64,000 bases of DNA, from assembly GCA_963818995.1 (NCBI GenBank), contig CAWFUM010000007.1, positions 15,392 to 79,391 of the forward strand, in the 5' to 3' direction. A program made the position numbers and the translations under genes. Below the pieces are notes generated by a model. It was not told the origin of the DNA. It searched no databases and was given only the letters and a program-made list of their open reading frames with translations. The DNA is from an uncultured Actinomycetota bacterium (GTDB taxonomy: Bacteria; Actinomycetota; Actinomycetes; Streptosporangiales; Streptosporangiaceae). How positions within the stretch are numbered: position 1 is the stretch's first letter; every line of letters starts with the position of its first letter. Below are positions 40,496-51,368 of the stretch, one piece after another.

Positions 40496-42110
40496 GTGGA
40501 CACCGTGACAAGCGGCGGGCTTCGGCAGAAACAGCGCAAGCGGTTGACCGAAGGCAGTAGTGCTCTCGTCATCGGCAGTACCTTCTGGGGCTGGGCCGGT
40601 CCGGCGCTGGTCATGATCTTCGGCGGCTTCCTGCGGTTCTACCGGCTGAGCAAGCCGGACGCGGTCGTCTTCGACGAGACCTATTACGTGCCGGACGCGA
40701 ACTCGATCCTGCACCACGGCGTGGAATTCAACCACGTCAGCAACATCAACAGCATGCTCGTGGCGGGCAACCCGCACATCTTCCGCCGGCTCAGCGGACA
40801 GTACGGCGAACTCGTCGCCCATCCGCCGCTCGGCAAGATCTTTATGGCGGCCGGGCAGTGGGTGTTCGGCCTGACCCCGTTCGGCTGGCGGTTCTCGGTG
40901 GCCGTCGTCGGCACGCTGTCGATCCTCATGCTCGCGCGGATCACGCGGCGGCTGACCCGGTCCACGCTGCTCGGCTGCGTCGCCGGCCTGCTGCTGGCCC
41001 TGGACGGCCTCGAGCTGGTGCTGTCCCGGACCGCGATCCTGGACATTTTCGTCATGTTCTGGGTGCTGGCGGCGTTCGGCTTGCTCGTCATCGACCGTGA
41101 CCGGACCAGAAGCCGCCTGGAGGCGGCGGCCGCCGAGGGCGGAACAGCCGACCTCGCCGGGCCGAAGCTGGGGATCCGCTGGCTGCGGGTCGCTGCCGGC
41201 CTGTGCCTGGGGGCAGCGTGCGCCAGCAAGTGGAACGGCGGGTACTTTCTCATCGCATTCGCCGGCCTGGCCGTGGCCTGGGATTTCGGTGCGCGGCGAG
41301 CGGCCGGTGATGTGAACTGGCTGGCCGGCGGCCTTCGCCGAGACGTGAAGTGGCTGCCGGTCTGGTTCCTCCTGGCCCCGGCGGTGGTCTACACGGCGTC
41401 GTGGAGCGGCTGGTTCGCCACCAGCGACGGCTACGACCGGAACTGGGCGGCCGCCAACGGCAACCACACGCCCGTCTGGAATGTCATCGACTCCTGGTAC
41501 CAGTACAACCACTGGATGCTGCAGTTCGGCCTCGACCCTGACCAGCTATCAGTCCTACCGTTCCAACCCGCTCGGCTGGCCCGTGCTGGCCCGGCCGATC
41601 TCCTTCTACTGGTGCGAGGGAAGCACGCCGAGCTGCCACATGCCGCCCAGCACGGCGTCGGAAGTACTGGCCATCGGCACGCCGATCATCTGGTGGGGCG
41701 GCGCGCTCGCGATCCTGTTCTGCCTGGGCTGGTGGCTCACCGGGCTGATCGGCGACCTGGCCTTCCACCGCGTCGCGCGGCGGGACTGGCGAGCCGGGGC
41801 GCTGCTGCTGGGCATCGCGGCGGGCTGGCTGCCGTGGATCTGGTACTACTTCCACGACAACCGCACCGAGTTCTACTACTACGCCGTCGCCTTCGAGCCG
41901 TTCATGATCATCGCTATCGTCCTGTGCCTCGGGATGATCATCGGCCCGGCCCGCGCCGCACCAGGCCGGCGGGCGATCGGCGCCGTCGGCGCCGGCCTTT
42001 CATCTCATCGCCGTGCTCCTCAACTTCGCCTATCTCTATCCGGTCCTGACGGCCGAGGTCATTCCCTACTCATCCTGGCTGTCCCGGATGTGGTTCCACA
42101 GCTGGATCTA
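40496..42110 (+). pseudogene. Dolichyl-phosphate-mannose--protein mannosyltransferase (Pmt, GT39-like), at least two frame breaks
   Basis: FDETYYVPDANSIL, AHPPLGKIFMAAG, RFSVAVVGTLSILMLARI, then (second frame) SNPLGWPVLARPISFYW...VLAIGTPIIWWGG...EFYYYAVAFEPFMII. The third frame gives LIAVLLNFAYLYPVLTAEVIPYSSWLSRMWFHSWI*. Breaks lie near 41520-41540 and 41995-42010. Confidence 0.75.
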
Positions 42111-42261
42111 GCGTGCCCATAGTGTGCCCAGAGAAGACCTGAGGCATCAGCCATGACCTTACCGGTCGATCGATTGCCTCTGAAGCAGGGGGTCTTCGAG
42201 GCTGGGAAGAGACTGGGTGGGTGGGCTCAGGAAACCACTGGCGTGAAGCGTCTCGGTATAT

Positions 42262-42813
42262 ATGAGATTGCGATTGTTCATTAGGACCTGGGCACGGCAG
42301 CGAACTGGCGGCAACTGCGCAGGCCCGCGACCCGAGCGAGCAGCTGTGAAAAACGAACTCGCCCGAGTCGACAGCGCGCTGCGGCAGGCCTATGCGGACC
42401 TGGCTCTGGCTGCCATGGCCAATGAGGCCGATCCTGGGCCGGGTCTCCGGCGCCTGGCTGCCCGGCTCACGTACTGGACGCCGAGTGACTGGGCCGACCG
42501 AACCTTAGACCGATTGAACCCGGCTAATCTCGCGCGCCCTCAACCGCTGAGAATTCATCGCCGACACGTGAGACACGGCTCCGTCGTGGATGGCCTTCCA
42601 GATCTTCTCATATGGGAGCGCCACACCTCGTCGCCTCGGTGGGAGGTCGTCGTCGGTCAGCTAGGCGACCTTGACCCGGCGAGGCTGGCCGATCTAGGCC
42701 CGGACAGAGCACACGCTAAAGCTCGGATTGACCGTTCGTTAACACTTGGGGACGACGGGCTCTGGGAGCTGCTTCGCCCAGGCCCGCAGGACATCCGCGG
42801 CTTGATCGCGTAG
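42262..42813 (+). CDS. Hypothetical protein
   Basis: 183-aa ORF with no recognised family. The 3' end overlaps the convergent deaminase gene, so its extent is uncertain. Confidence 0.3.
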   Translation: MRLRLFIRTWARQRTGGNCAGPRPERAAVKNELARVDSALRQAYADLALAAMANEADPGPGLRRLAARLTYWTPSDWADRTLDRLNPANLARPQPLRIHRRHVRHGSVVDGLPDLLIWERHTSSPRWEVVVGQLGDLDPARLADLGPDRAHAKARIDRSLTLGDDGLWELLRPGPQDIRGLIA

Positions 42814-43243
42814 TTCCGGGGCTGCGGCGTCTTCGCGGAGGGAACGGTGTTCTGGTGGCTGGCTGAGTTCGCGGTAGAGCTGCAGGTCTTCGAAGCCGTA
42901 GGTTGCCACGTCGTGGCTGGTGGCGCCGAAGACGATGCGGGAAATGCGGGCCCAGTAACAGCCGGTGAGGCACATCGGGCATGGCTCGCTGCTGCTGTAC
43001 AGCGTGCCGTTCTCGATCAGGTGCGTTCCCTGCCTGGCTGCGGCGTCGCGCAGAGCCATGATCTCGGCGTGCGCGGACGGGTCGAGCAGCTCGACGACGC
43101 TGCTGGTGCCTTCCCCGATGACCTCGCCGTCCAGGACCACGACCGCGCCGAAGGGTGTCTTGCCTTCATCTTCCAGGGCGCGGCGGGAGATGGTGATCGC
43201 GCGCTGGCAGGAAGTCCTGATCGGCCTGTCCGAGTGAGGTCAT
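42739..43243 (-). pseudogene. CMP/dCMP-type zinc deaminase (guanine/tRNA-adenosine deaminase-like), one frame break near the 5' end
   Basis: HAE (DPSAHAEIMALR) and PCPMC zinc motifs. The N-terminus MTSLGQADQDFL (ATG at 43243) joins RAITISRRALEDEGKTPFGAVVVLDGEVIG only after a 1-nt correction near 43195-43210. Confidence 0.7.
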
Positions 43244-43996
43244 GCGCGTGCTCCTTGTGGTTTGGGCCACGGGTTCAGCGGGGTGATGAAGCGCAGCTCG
43301 GTCCGGTCCGCAGGGTACTCGGCGTCGGAGATCTCGATGGTGCGGTCGCCGGGCGTCGACGGAGATCCGCCGGCACAGCAGAAGGGGAACACCGGGCGGC
43401 AGATCCCACGCTTCCGCTTCTGCGCTGGTCGGCATCCGCGCGGTGACGTGATCGGCCACGAGCATGATCTCGATCCCGACGGTCGACAGCTGGTGCAGCG
43501 TGCCGCCGGGCCATGGCTCGTTCTTCTCGTCGAGCAGGGCCGGGTTGCCCTCGACGAAGGCCCTGGGGATGTAGGAAACACTGCTAGACAGCAGCAGGCC
43601 CGTGCGCGGATCGGTGGAGACGAATGTCCGCCGGAGCAGCGGGTCACCGGCCCGCACCTGGAGCACTCTAGCTAGATCCTCGCTGGCGCTGATGGTGTCG
43701 TAGGCCGCCGTGAACATCTGCTCGCCGATGGACATGTCCAGGTTAGTCTCGGCCTCGCCGATCTCCGCTCGCTCGGGCAGCGGCAGGATGGCCCTGTCTT
43801 TCTCCAGCTGGTGCCGCTCCGACGATCGGACCGCGCGTCTCGGCGGGACGCGCACGATCCGTCCCCGCCGCGGCCCGACGGTGGTGATGAGCCCTTCCTG
43901 CTCCAGGGAGCTGGTGTACGCGCCGTGGGTCGGCAAGGACGGCAAGCTCCGCCGTGCGTTCCGCGCTGACGCCGTCGAGCCGCTGAACGCCTCCAA
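43240..43996 (-). pseudogene. GntR-family regulator with UTRA effector domain (KorSA-like position in an AICE), frame break near the 3' end
   Basis: LEQEGLITTVGPRRGRIV (wHTH wing) followed by a UTRA-like body. The tail GDRTIEISDAEYPADRTELRFITPL is in another frame (break near 43365-43385). The N-terminal HTH looks incomplete. Confidence 0.6.
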
Positions 43997-44048
43997 GCCG
44001 TCACAGCACGCGGCCTAGCCGCGTCCGGCGCAGCAAAGGACCCCTCAG

Positions 44049-44411
44049 ATGGCAACTGGTACCGACAGCGCCGGGATCGACCTCGGCACCTACGTGACCA
44101 TGCAGAACGCCTGCCAGCCAAAACGGATGGGCGAGCTGCTCAAGCTCGCCGCACGGCTGATCGGCGACCTGCCCGCACCCCGCCACATCACCGTCTCAGC
44201 GAACCTCCAGGAGATCAGCCTGGGCTTCGAGGGCACCCCGGCCGGAGTCGAAGCGATGGCCGCCTGGGCCAGCCACTATCACGTCCAGCTCACCGGCGAG
44301 CACACCGTCATGTCGGACGGCACCCCTGCCGTCCGCTGCGCACTGTCATTCGAGCGCGACGGCGCCCAGGTCGAGGCATACGCCTACGTCATAGCCAACA
44401 GGGCCGCCTGA
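44049..44411 (+). CDS. Hypothetical protein (AICE small ORF)
   Basis: 120-aa ORF divergent from the GntR-like gene. No family recognised. Confidence 0.4.
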   Translation: MATGTDSAGIDLGTYVTMQNACQPKRMGELLKLAARLIGDLPAPRHITVSANLQEISLGFEGTPAGVEAMAAWASHYHVQLTGEHTVMSDGTPAVRCALSFERDGAQVEAYAYVIANRAA

Positions 44412-44500
44412 CACGCAGATGCCGGGTCCGGGGGGTGCAACCCCGGCCCGGCCAGCCCGCGCACAATCCCCATCCCGCCAAGAACAAGGAGGCAGCGGCT

Positions 44501-44755
44501 ATGCCGCATCGTAACAGCGCTGCGCTGGCCCGCCCCGCGGCGCGAAACCACCGAGTGCTCTATCACCCGCACGTCTGCCCCGACTGCGACTCGGCCGACG
44601 TCGGCCAGGCCGAGGTCGACACCGGCGACGGCATCATCGAGACCGCGCTCATCTGCCGCGACTGCGGCACCGCCTGGCCCGTCGCCTGCGTCACCGACTG
44701 GCAGTACCCCTCTCTCAGCCCGACGTCACCGGTTACGAGCACGACCCGGAACTAG
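44501..44755 (+). CDS. Small zinc-ribbon protein
   Basis: ATG at 44501 after an AAGGAGG RBS. Two CxxC pairs (CPDCDS...CRDCGT). Confidence 0.45.
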   Translation: MPHRNSAALARPAARNHRVLYHPHVCPDCDSADVGQAEVDTGDGIIETALICRDCGTAWPVACVTDWQYPSLSPTSPVTSTTRN

Positions 44756-44821
44756 CCGACGGGCGGCTCTGGTGACACCGCCCGCCCGCACCCGCACTCT
44801 CACCGCAAGGGGTGACCTCAC

Positions 44822-45892
44822 ATGACCTCCGACCGGCGTAACACCCGCAACAACCCATACCCGCTCGACACCATGGCCTCCGGCCTGCACCACTCCACGG
44901 CCGGAGCCCTGTGGCGCTGGCGCACCGAGACCACCGCGTTCATCGCCACGAGCTGCCTGACCGGCTGGCTCGCTGTCGCCCTCTCTCTCACCTTCGCGCT
45001 GATCATCATCGGAGCCATCCTCGCCATCGCGGGCGCTCTCGCACCGTCGCGGCGGTGGCTGATCTGCCGTGCCTGGTGCGTCATTTCCCGGCACCGGCTC
45101 CAGCGGGTGTGCTGGGAAACCCGCATGCACACCCGATCCGGCCGCATTCCCCTGGTGGCCTGGATCCGTCCCACCGACGTCGGTGAGCGGGCCTGGCTGC
45201 TGTGCCGCGCCGGGATCTGCGCCGAGGACCTCGAGGCTCACTCGGGGGAGATCCGCGCCGCCTGCGCAGCCCGCGAGGCACGCATCACCCGTCACCCCCG
45301 GTGGTCCCAGGTCGTGACCATCGACGTCATCCGCCACGACACCCTGTCCGCCGGGAAGCACGTCACCCCCCACATCCTCACCCGGCACAACCCCGCGGCA
45401 CTGCCCGCCGACGGCCGCATCCCCGCACCGGCTGGCCGCATCACTGAAACCGAGACCCCTACCGTCCCGTCCCCGGAATGGCCGCGAAGCCCAGCCCTGA
45501 CCACCTGCCCGGACGCGGCCACTACGGGACCTCTGCGCCAGCTCCGCGAACGGCGCGAGCCGATGACCAGCTTGCCGCGCGAACACGCATCCGCCGTCAA
45601 CACGTCCTTGACACCGAACAGGCCACGGCGAGTGGTGGAGAACGACGAGTACGCCGCGTTCCTGCACCGCGCCATCCGCGCCTACAGCCGCCGCATCGCG
45701 GCCGGGGACATCGAGGCCATCGCCTGCATGACCGCCCTGGCCGACGAGATTACCGCCGCCACCCAGGAAGCCGTCACCCGGCTGCGCGCTACCGGCGGAT
45801 ACAGCTGGGCCGACATCGCTGCCCGGCTGCACATCACCCGGCAGGCAGCCCAGCAGCGCTGGGGCACCACGGCCCGCGAACCGGCCGCCTGA
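44822..45892 (+). CDS. Membrane protein with C-terminal HTH-like segment (Spd-like position upstream of the FtsK/TraB gene)
   Basis: Two TM helices (FIATSCLTGWLAVALSLTFALIIIGAILAIAGAL). The C-terminus YSWADIAARLHITRQAAQQRWG is HTH-like. It may be two genes fused. Confidence 0.45.
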   Translation: MTSDRRNTRNNPYPLDTMASGLHHSTAGALWRWRTETTAFIATSCLTGWLAVALSLTFALIIIGAILAIAGALAPSRRWLICRAWCVISRHRLQRVCWETRMHTRSGRIPLVAWIRPTDVGERAWLLCRAGICAEDLEAHSGEIRAACAAREARITRHPRWSQVVTIDVIRHDTLSAGKHVTPHILTRHNPAALPADGRIPAPAGRITETETPTVPSPEWPRSPALTTCPDAATTGPLRQLRERREPMTSLPREHASAVNTSLTPNRPRRVVENDEYAAFLHRAIRAYSRRIAAGDIEAIACMTALADEITAATQEAVTRLRATGGYSWADIAARLHITRQAAQQRWGTTAREPAA

Positions 45893-45970
45893 CCTCACCA
45901 CGCGCTGGCAGCGCCCCGGACACAACCGCCTGGGGCCTGCCGCGCACCCGCCACCGGAAGGAGGCCAGCC

Positions 45971-46811
45971 ATGAGCATCATCATCACCACCGGCCAGCCG
46001 GTCGTGGCCGCCGCGTCCGGCGGGCCCGTCTCCATCTGGCACCCGGTGCACCTGGGCACCGACGAAACCGGCGCCCAGGTCCACGTCACCCTGGCCGAGC
46101 GGAACATGCTCATCGGCGGGGAACCCGGCGGCGGCAAGTCCGTCGCCCTCCAGCTGATCGTCGCCCACGGCGCCCTGTCCGCCGGACTGCAAGCTGATCC
46201 TGATCGACGGCAAGCGGGTCGAGCTCGGCCTGTGGCGCGGCTGCGCCGACCGGTTCATCGGCCCGCTCGATCGATGACGCGATCGACGACCCTGCAATGG
46301 CTGCAGGAGCATGATCGACGAGCGCACCGATCGGCTGCTCGATCACGAGCAAGCGCAAGGTCACCCCTGACCTGGGGCTGGCCGGTCTACCTGGTGGCCG
46401 TCGATGAGATCGCCTACTACTCCGCCACCGTCGGCACCACGGCCCAGCAGAACGAGTTCAGCGCCTGCAACCGCGACGTCGTCGCCCGCGGCCGGGCTCC
46501 CGGCATCATCCCCATCGAGGCAACCCAGCGGCCATCGGCCGACATCATGCCCGACATCGCTGCGGGACCTGTTCGGCTACCGGTGGGCGTTCCGCTGCTC
46601 CACCGACGCCAGCTCCGACACCATCCTCGGTCACGGCACTGCCAGCACCGGCTACACCGCCACCGACATCAGCGACGACACCCCCGGCGTCGGCTGGCTC
46701 CGCGCCGAAGGCAGCCGCCTGCCCCGCCGCGTCAAGTCCGCCTACCTCACCACCAGTGACATCAAGACCCTCGCCGCGCGCGCGGCTGACTTCCGGCAGG
46801 CAGCAGCATGA
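45971..46811 (+). pseudogene. FtsK/SpoIIIE-family DNA translocase (TraB/TraSA-like), multiple frame breaks
   Basis: Walker A: LIGGEPGGGKS. Then, in other frames: CKLILIDGKRVELGLW, Walker B LVAVDEIAYY, and ARGRAPGIIPIEATQRPSADI. The tail is LRDLFGYRWAFRCSTDASSDTILG...GWLRAEG. At least four frame switches. The stop overlaps the rep start (ATGA). Confidence 0.75.
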
Positions 46812-48238
46812 CCATCACGACTGGCCCCGTACCGGTCCCCTCCGCACCCGGCGACCAGCCGGGTGCGGGCGGAATCAGCGACGGCACCAGCCCGATCCTG
46901 CCCGATGACTTCGCCCTCTGGGAACACGAGCACTCGAGCGCGCCCGCTGGCGGCTGCCTGCACCCGGTGAAACTCCGGGGCCGGTCGGTCGCCATCGACC
47001 TCGCCAGCGGGGAGCTGCGGCCTGTGTTCGACACCGCGACCGAGCCTGGCGGGGTGATCCGCACCGCCTGCGGCAACCGCCGCGAGACCGTCTGCCCGCC
47101 CTGCTCGGCCGTGTACAAGCGCGACGCCCGGCAGCTCGTCCGCGCGGGCCTGTCCGGCGGCAAAGGCCTCCCCGACTCCATCGCCCGGCATCCGTGCGTG
47201 TTCGCGACCCTCACCGCACCATCCTTCGGCCCGGTGCATGCCCGCCGGATGCGCGGATCGACCGTCTTGCCCTGCCGACCCCGGCGCGATGCCAGACAGC
47301 GGCGCTGCCCGCACGGCCGCGACATCTCCTGCGCCCGGCGCCACGGCGAACACGACCCGCGCCTCGGTCATGCCCTGTGCCCGGACTGCTACGACTACAC
47401 CGCCGCCGTGCTGTTCAACGCCTACGCCGGGCAGCTCTGGCGCCGGTTCACCACCTACCTGCCCCGCTACCTCGCCCGGCAGGCGGGCCTGACCCTCCGC
47501 GCCTTCCGCGAGCTGGCCACCGTCCGGTACGTCAAGGTCGCCGAATACCAGGCCCGCGGCATCGTCCACTTCCACGCCGTCATCCGCCTCGACACCCCCG
47601 GCGGCGACTACCAGCCCCCTCCCGGCTGGCTCGAGGGCAACAGGGCGCTCTACAGGCTCGCCAAGGACGCCCGGAACAAGTTCGAGGCACGGCACTGCAG
47701 GTACTCGGGCGGGATCCGGGAGATCGCTGACCAGGTCACCAGAGAGATCTTCGATCTCGTCCGCTCCGCGATCCTCCAGCTGCTGCCGGGACTGGATCAG
47801 GCGGTGTGCGACTCCATCATGGGCAAAGTCCCGATCGATGTGTCGCCCTTCCACAAACTCATAACGGGCTACATCGTCAGCGACCAGCCGTCGGACCCCG
47901 CAAATCTCGGCAGACCGGGTGAGCTGTTCCCAGCGCTACGCTGGCGTTCCGACATCCGGGCGTGCTGGCTCGACGGAGATGACCTGAAGTTCGATCTCAA
48001 CGAATCGGTGACAGTCGAGTTTGCCGAAGGGATGCGCTTTGAAGGACGTGGTTACGCGATATATAGCGGCCTGAATCCTGCGCCGGCCGGGGCGCTCGTC
48101 GCTGCCGAGCCCCAAGTCCCGCGTATCTGGCATCAACGCGCGCTCGAAGACGGTAGCGACGGGTTGCAGATTGTGAAGCGCGACCCGATGGCAGAGGTCA
48201 TGCCGCTAATCGACAAGGCGGTGGAGGCGGAGACGTAG
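46808..48238 (+). CDS. RepSA-like replication initiator (N-terminal ~275 aa) fused to an unrelated C-terminal extension
   Basis: CGNRRETVCPPCSAVYKRDARQLVRAGLSGGKG, FATLTAPSFGPVH, LCPDCYDY and KVAEYQARGIVHFHAVIRLD match actinomycete integrative-element Rep proteins. After about 47640 the sequence loses family resemblance and the DNA becomes visibly AT-richer. Confidence 0.7.
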   Translation: MTITTGPVPVPSAPGDQPGAGGISDGTSPILPDDFALWEHEHSSAPAGGCLHPVKLRGRSVAIDLASGELRPVFDTATEPGGVIRTACGNRRETVCPPCSAVYKRDARQLVRAGLSGGKGLPDSIARHPCVFATLTAPSFGPVHARRMRGSTVLPCRPRRDARQRRCPHGRDISCARRHGEHDPRLGHALCPDCYDYTAAVLFNAYAGQLWRRFTTYLPRYLARQAGLTLRAFRELATVRYVKVAEYQARGIVHFHAVIRLDTPGGDYQPPPGWLEGNRALYRLAKDARNKFEARHCRYSGGIREIADQVTREIFDLVRSAILQLLPGLDQAVCDSIMGKVPIDVSPFHKLITGYIVSDQPSDPANLGRPGELFPALRWRSDIRACWLDGDDLKFDLNESVTVEFAEGMRFEGRGYAIYSGLNPAPAGALVAAEPQVPRIWHQRALEDGSDGLQIVKRDPMAEVMPLIDKAVEAET

Positions 48239-48491
48239 CGGAACTGGTCCGGCCTCACCCGCGCTGCTTGCCTTCAGCCTCTTCGGGGAAGGAACCGCGC
48301 TCTTCCAAAGTCTGCAGACATTGACGACCGCAGGCCTGGCCGTCGAGTCATTGGCACTGCTTCGTCAACTTGCTACTATCGCCGCCCGGTTCGAGCAGAT
48401 GGCCAGCACGCTCGGTGTCGGCCTTGTCGTCCGGCTCGCACTTGACGATCTCGAGGATCCTGCCGCCCGAGATCAGCTGAGGAGAGGGGCG

Positions 48492-48929
48492 ATGAGTGCT
48501 GGAGCGACCATCCCGCACGAGGCGCCGCCGGTCAGCGACACGGCAATCTGGCATGAACTCTCCTACGAGATGAGTCTGGCGGGCGACACATCCAGATCCG
48601 GCCTCGCGGCAGCGTGGATGCACGTCTCCAGCGGAGGCGCGGACCAGGCCGGTTTCCACACCAAGCTCCAGCCGGGACCGATGACTGATCTCGTCAAGTC
48701 GGCCGCGACGATCGCGCAGCTGGATTTGCTAAAACACGCGTCGGCACTGTTTGCCTGGACACTCGATACCGAGCACGTTAGCTCATTGCGTGCACAAGCC
48801 GTCCAGCTGAACCAGGCAGCTCGCCCAGCCACTCCAGAACTGACAGTGGACGAGACGTCTGAACTGGCTCTAGAGCGACTACCGGGCCGCAGGCGACAAT
48901 TGGCACCGCCGCGTGCTCCGTTGACCTGA
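48492..48929 (+). CDS. Hypothetical protein
   Basis: ATG at 48492 after a GGAGAGGGG RBS. 145 aa, no family recognised. The longer TTG-started ORF from 48321 is possible. Confidence 0.3.
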   Translation: MSAGATIPHEAPPVSDTAIWHELSYEMSLAGDTSRSGLAAAWMHVSSGGADQAGFHTKLQPGPMTDLVKSAATIAQLDLLKHASALFAWTLDTEHVSSLRAQAVQLNQAARPATPELTVDETSELALERLPGRRRQLAPPRAPLT

Positions 48930-49245
48930 GCCATGGCGCAGCCGGGTCGGTTCTTGCCTCGGACGTCCATCGCGAGTTCGCGCTGTCGGGCCGCGAACGC
49001 GTTCTGCGGCACGGGGCGTGAGCGTCCACCGCTGATGCCCAGCGGCGAGCCGTTCAATTTCCCAGTCCCCGGCCGCCCGCCCCAGCCAGCCAGCCACCAG
49101 GACAGCCCGCAGAAATGTGAGCGGCGGGACAGACACGCCCCAGGGCACCCCAGCATCACCCTCCACCCGAGAATCACAAACCAGAAATGATCACGCTGTT
49201 TACACGGTGGATCGAGGCTAAGAGCGGCAGTCAGAATCTGCGGTT

Positions 49246-50175
49246 TCACGGGGCTGCCTGAGCTGGCGCTCGCGCCTTGTCGCGGTTCCTGGCGACAATG
49301 AGTACGCCTCCGCACACCAGGGCAGCGCCGAGGATCTGGAGCAAGCTCGGCGGCTGGCGAAGGACCATCTAACCAAGAATCAGTGCTCCAGCTGGCTCCA
49401 GGAGGAGAACAAGTGCCGACACTGGGGCCGGGAGCCGCGGCAGCGACCAGGTGATGAGAAGCCAGCCGACTATCCCGCTCGTCAGAGTTAGCACGAGTAG
49501 CCAGAACAGCGACGGCCACGGAATTTCTAGATTCAGTCCTCCGGATGTCAGCCCCAGCAGCAGAGCACCCGCGGACCGCGCCTGCGGTGGCGTCGAAGAG
49601 CTGTCCAGCCACGTGGAGCGCGTCGCCGGCTGTCTGCCGAAGGATCAGCAAAAAGCACGCATAGGAAGCGCTGGTCGCCAGTCCGTACACCACTCCCGCT
49701 ACCGGATGAAGTGCTGTGCCGTTGCGTCCGATCATCCCGGACACGAGAACTACACCAGCAGGACAACCGGCAGCGTGATGAGCAAACGCCGGTCAGGATG
49801 CTGATGCAAGACCGCCCAGGCGAGTATGACAACGAACAGGACCTGGAGGTTGCCCAGAACAGTGGCAGCTCCGGCTCCAACGTCTTTGATCGTGTGGATC
49901 CACAGCACGAGGTTGACCGCCAGGAAAAGACCAGCTAGCGCCGCGTAGCCTCGGGCCGCCAGCGGACGCGGTCCCCAACGCCGGCGCTCGGCGAAGGCAA
50001 GCACGGCCAGCACCGGCAGCGGCAGAGCGCAGCGATAGAACGCCGCGGCGACGGGCTCGACGTCGGCGAGAGTGAAGAGGATGGCCGAAGCCGAGATACA
50101 CAGCGCCCCCAGCGCCGCCGACGCAGCAGACCAGGACCCGCCCCAGGTTCTTGGCACGCTTAGTGTCAGCTCCAC
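49246..50175 (-). pseudogene. EamA/DMT-family transporter, frame breaks plus an in-frame TAG
   Basis: N-half ORF 49750..50175 (EamA-like TM pattern). The middle is GVVYGLATSASYACFLLILRQ. The C-part LTLTSGIVGWLLITWSLPRLPAPVSALVLLLEPAGALILG*MVLRQ has TAG (49369-49371) where Trp is expected. Confidence 0.7.
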
Positions 50176-50353
50176 GCTCCCTTCACCTTGATGGTCCGCC
50201 CGCGAGTGTAGGCGGGCCCCGCCGCGGCTGAGCTTGCGAACTCAGGTCCGGTCCGATTCAAGCTCGCGGATCATCATCAGGTTGAGGTCGTCATCTACCC
50301 GGACTGTTGCGCCGGGAGCAACAGGCCAGAACTCATATGCATGCGGGGCCAGA

Positions 50354-50647
50354 CTAACGGTCTCGCCGACGGAACCACCTTGAGGCATCAGTACCTAGTG
50401 GGCCGCCACTACCGCTTCCGTTGACCTCAAGCGAACCAAGGAGCGCCGCCAGAGCCAATGCCAGGATCCCAAGTACAAGTATGCCTGCGACTGCAGCAAT
50501 AGGGACCCCAATAAACAGGCCGACTGGGCTCGAGATGTATGGCCGGGCCATTATGACGCTTCCAGCTGCATAGACAGCCGACCCGGCAATCAAGACGATC
50601 AAGCCTGCCTCTGTGTGCAGTTCGCTCCGCCAAGCGAGCTTAACCAT
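50354..50647 (-). CDS. Hypothetical small membrane protein
   Basis: 97 aa with 2-3 predicted TM helices, in AT-richer DNA. Confidence 0.4.
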   Translation of the reverse strand: MVKLAWRSELHTEAGLIVLIAGSAVYAAGSVIMARPYISSPVGLFIGVPIAAVAGILVLGILALALAALLGSLEVNGSGSGGPLGTDASRWFRRRDR

Positions 50648-51368
50648 CTCCGCGAAAATATGGCCCCCGAAACTCTGATTCGCAAGCTTCGCCAGAGCAC
50701 AACCGCGACGCTCCCAACCCCGAGCGTCTGAACGGTCAGCCCCATGCTACCCAAGGCAGACGTGATCCAAAAGATCGGACACCGCTACTCAAACGCGCCA
50801 CATTATTCGTATCGTATGCTTAGGGATAATTTGTCACCGAAAACGCGCTTCCCCATCCTGCCGATTCAACGCTCGAGGACCTCCGAAGACAGCTCAAACC
50901 AATATTCGCCTCTCGGCTGCCGCGACTGCTTGCATATCTACGGTAAAATCCACGAACTGGGCGTTGTGCGCATGTTGAGTATTGATAGCGATGCTGGAGC
51001 ATGAGGCAGACATACCTCAATAATCGCCTTCGCTGCCTGAACTGATTCGTCAGCCTTGAAGACAATGCCGACCGCGCTTGAGCCTTCCGTCGCTGACCAT
51101 GCTGGGAGGCAGTGCTACAGCCCGACAGGATGAGCATGAGCAGCATCAGTACTATCGTGCCGAACAAGCTAATCTGGCCAAACTGAACTCCAGATCGTGC
51201 TCTGAATATCGCCGCGAGGCTCGCGCTTTATGCATAGGTGCCGTAGGGCCTGTGGCCATAATTTGCAAACCATCCGGTAGCAGTAAAGGGTCCGGAGTGA
51301 AGCCAGCCCCAATGCCATCCCGCTATTAGCAAGAATCCACAAGTATAGAGTAAATTCCTAGCTGGACT

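Noticed and set aside
50820-51167. ORF with a lipoprotein-like signal (MFGTIVLMLLMLILSGCS) downstream of the RHS tip.
   Set aside because: After the signal the sequence is Arg-rich and unprotein-like, while an alternative frame looks more plausible (..GIVFKADESVQAAKAIIEV..). It is therefore probably frame-broken. It is mentioned only as a possible immunity-gene relic in the findings.
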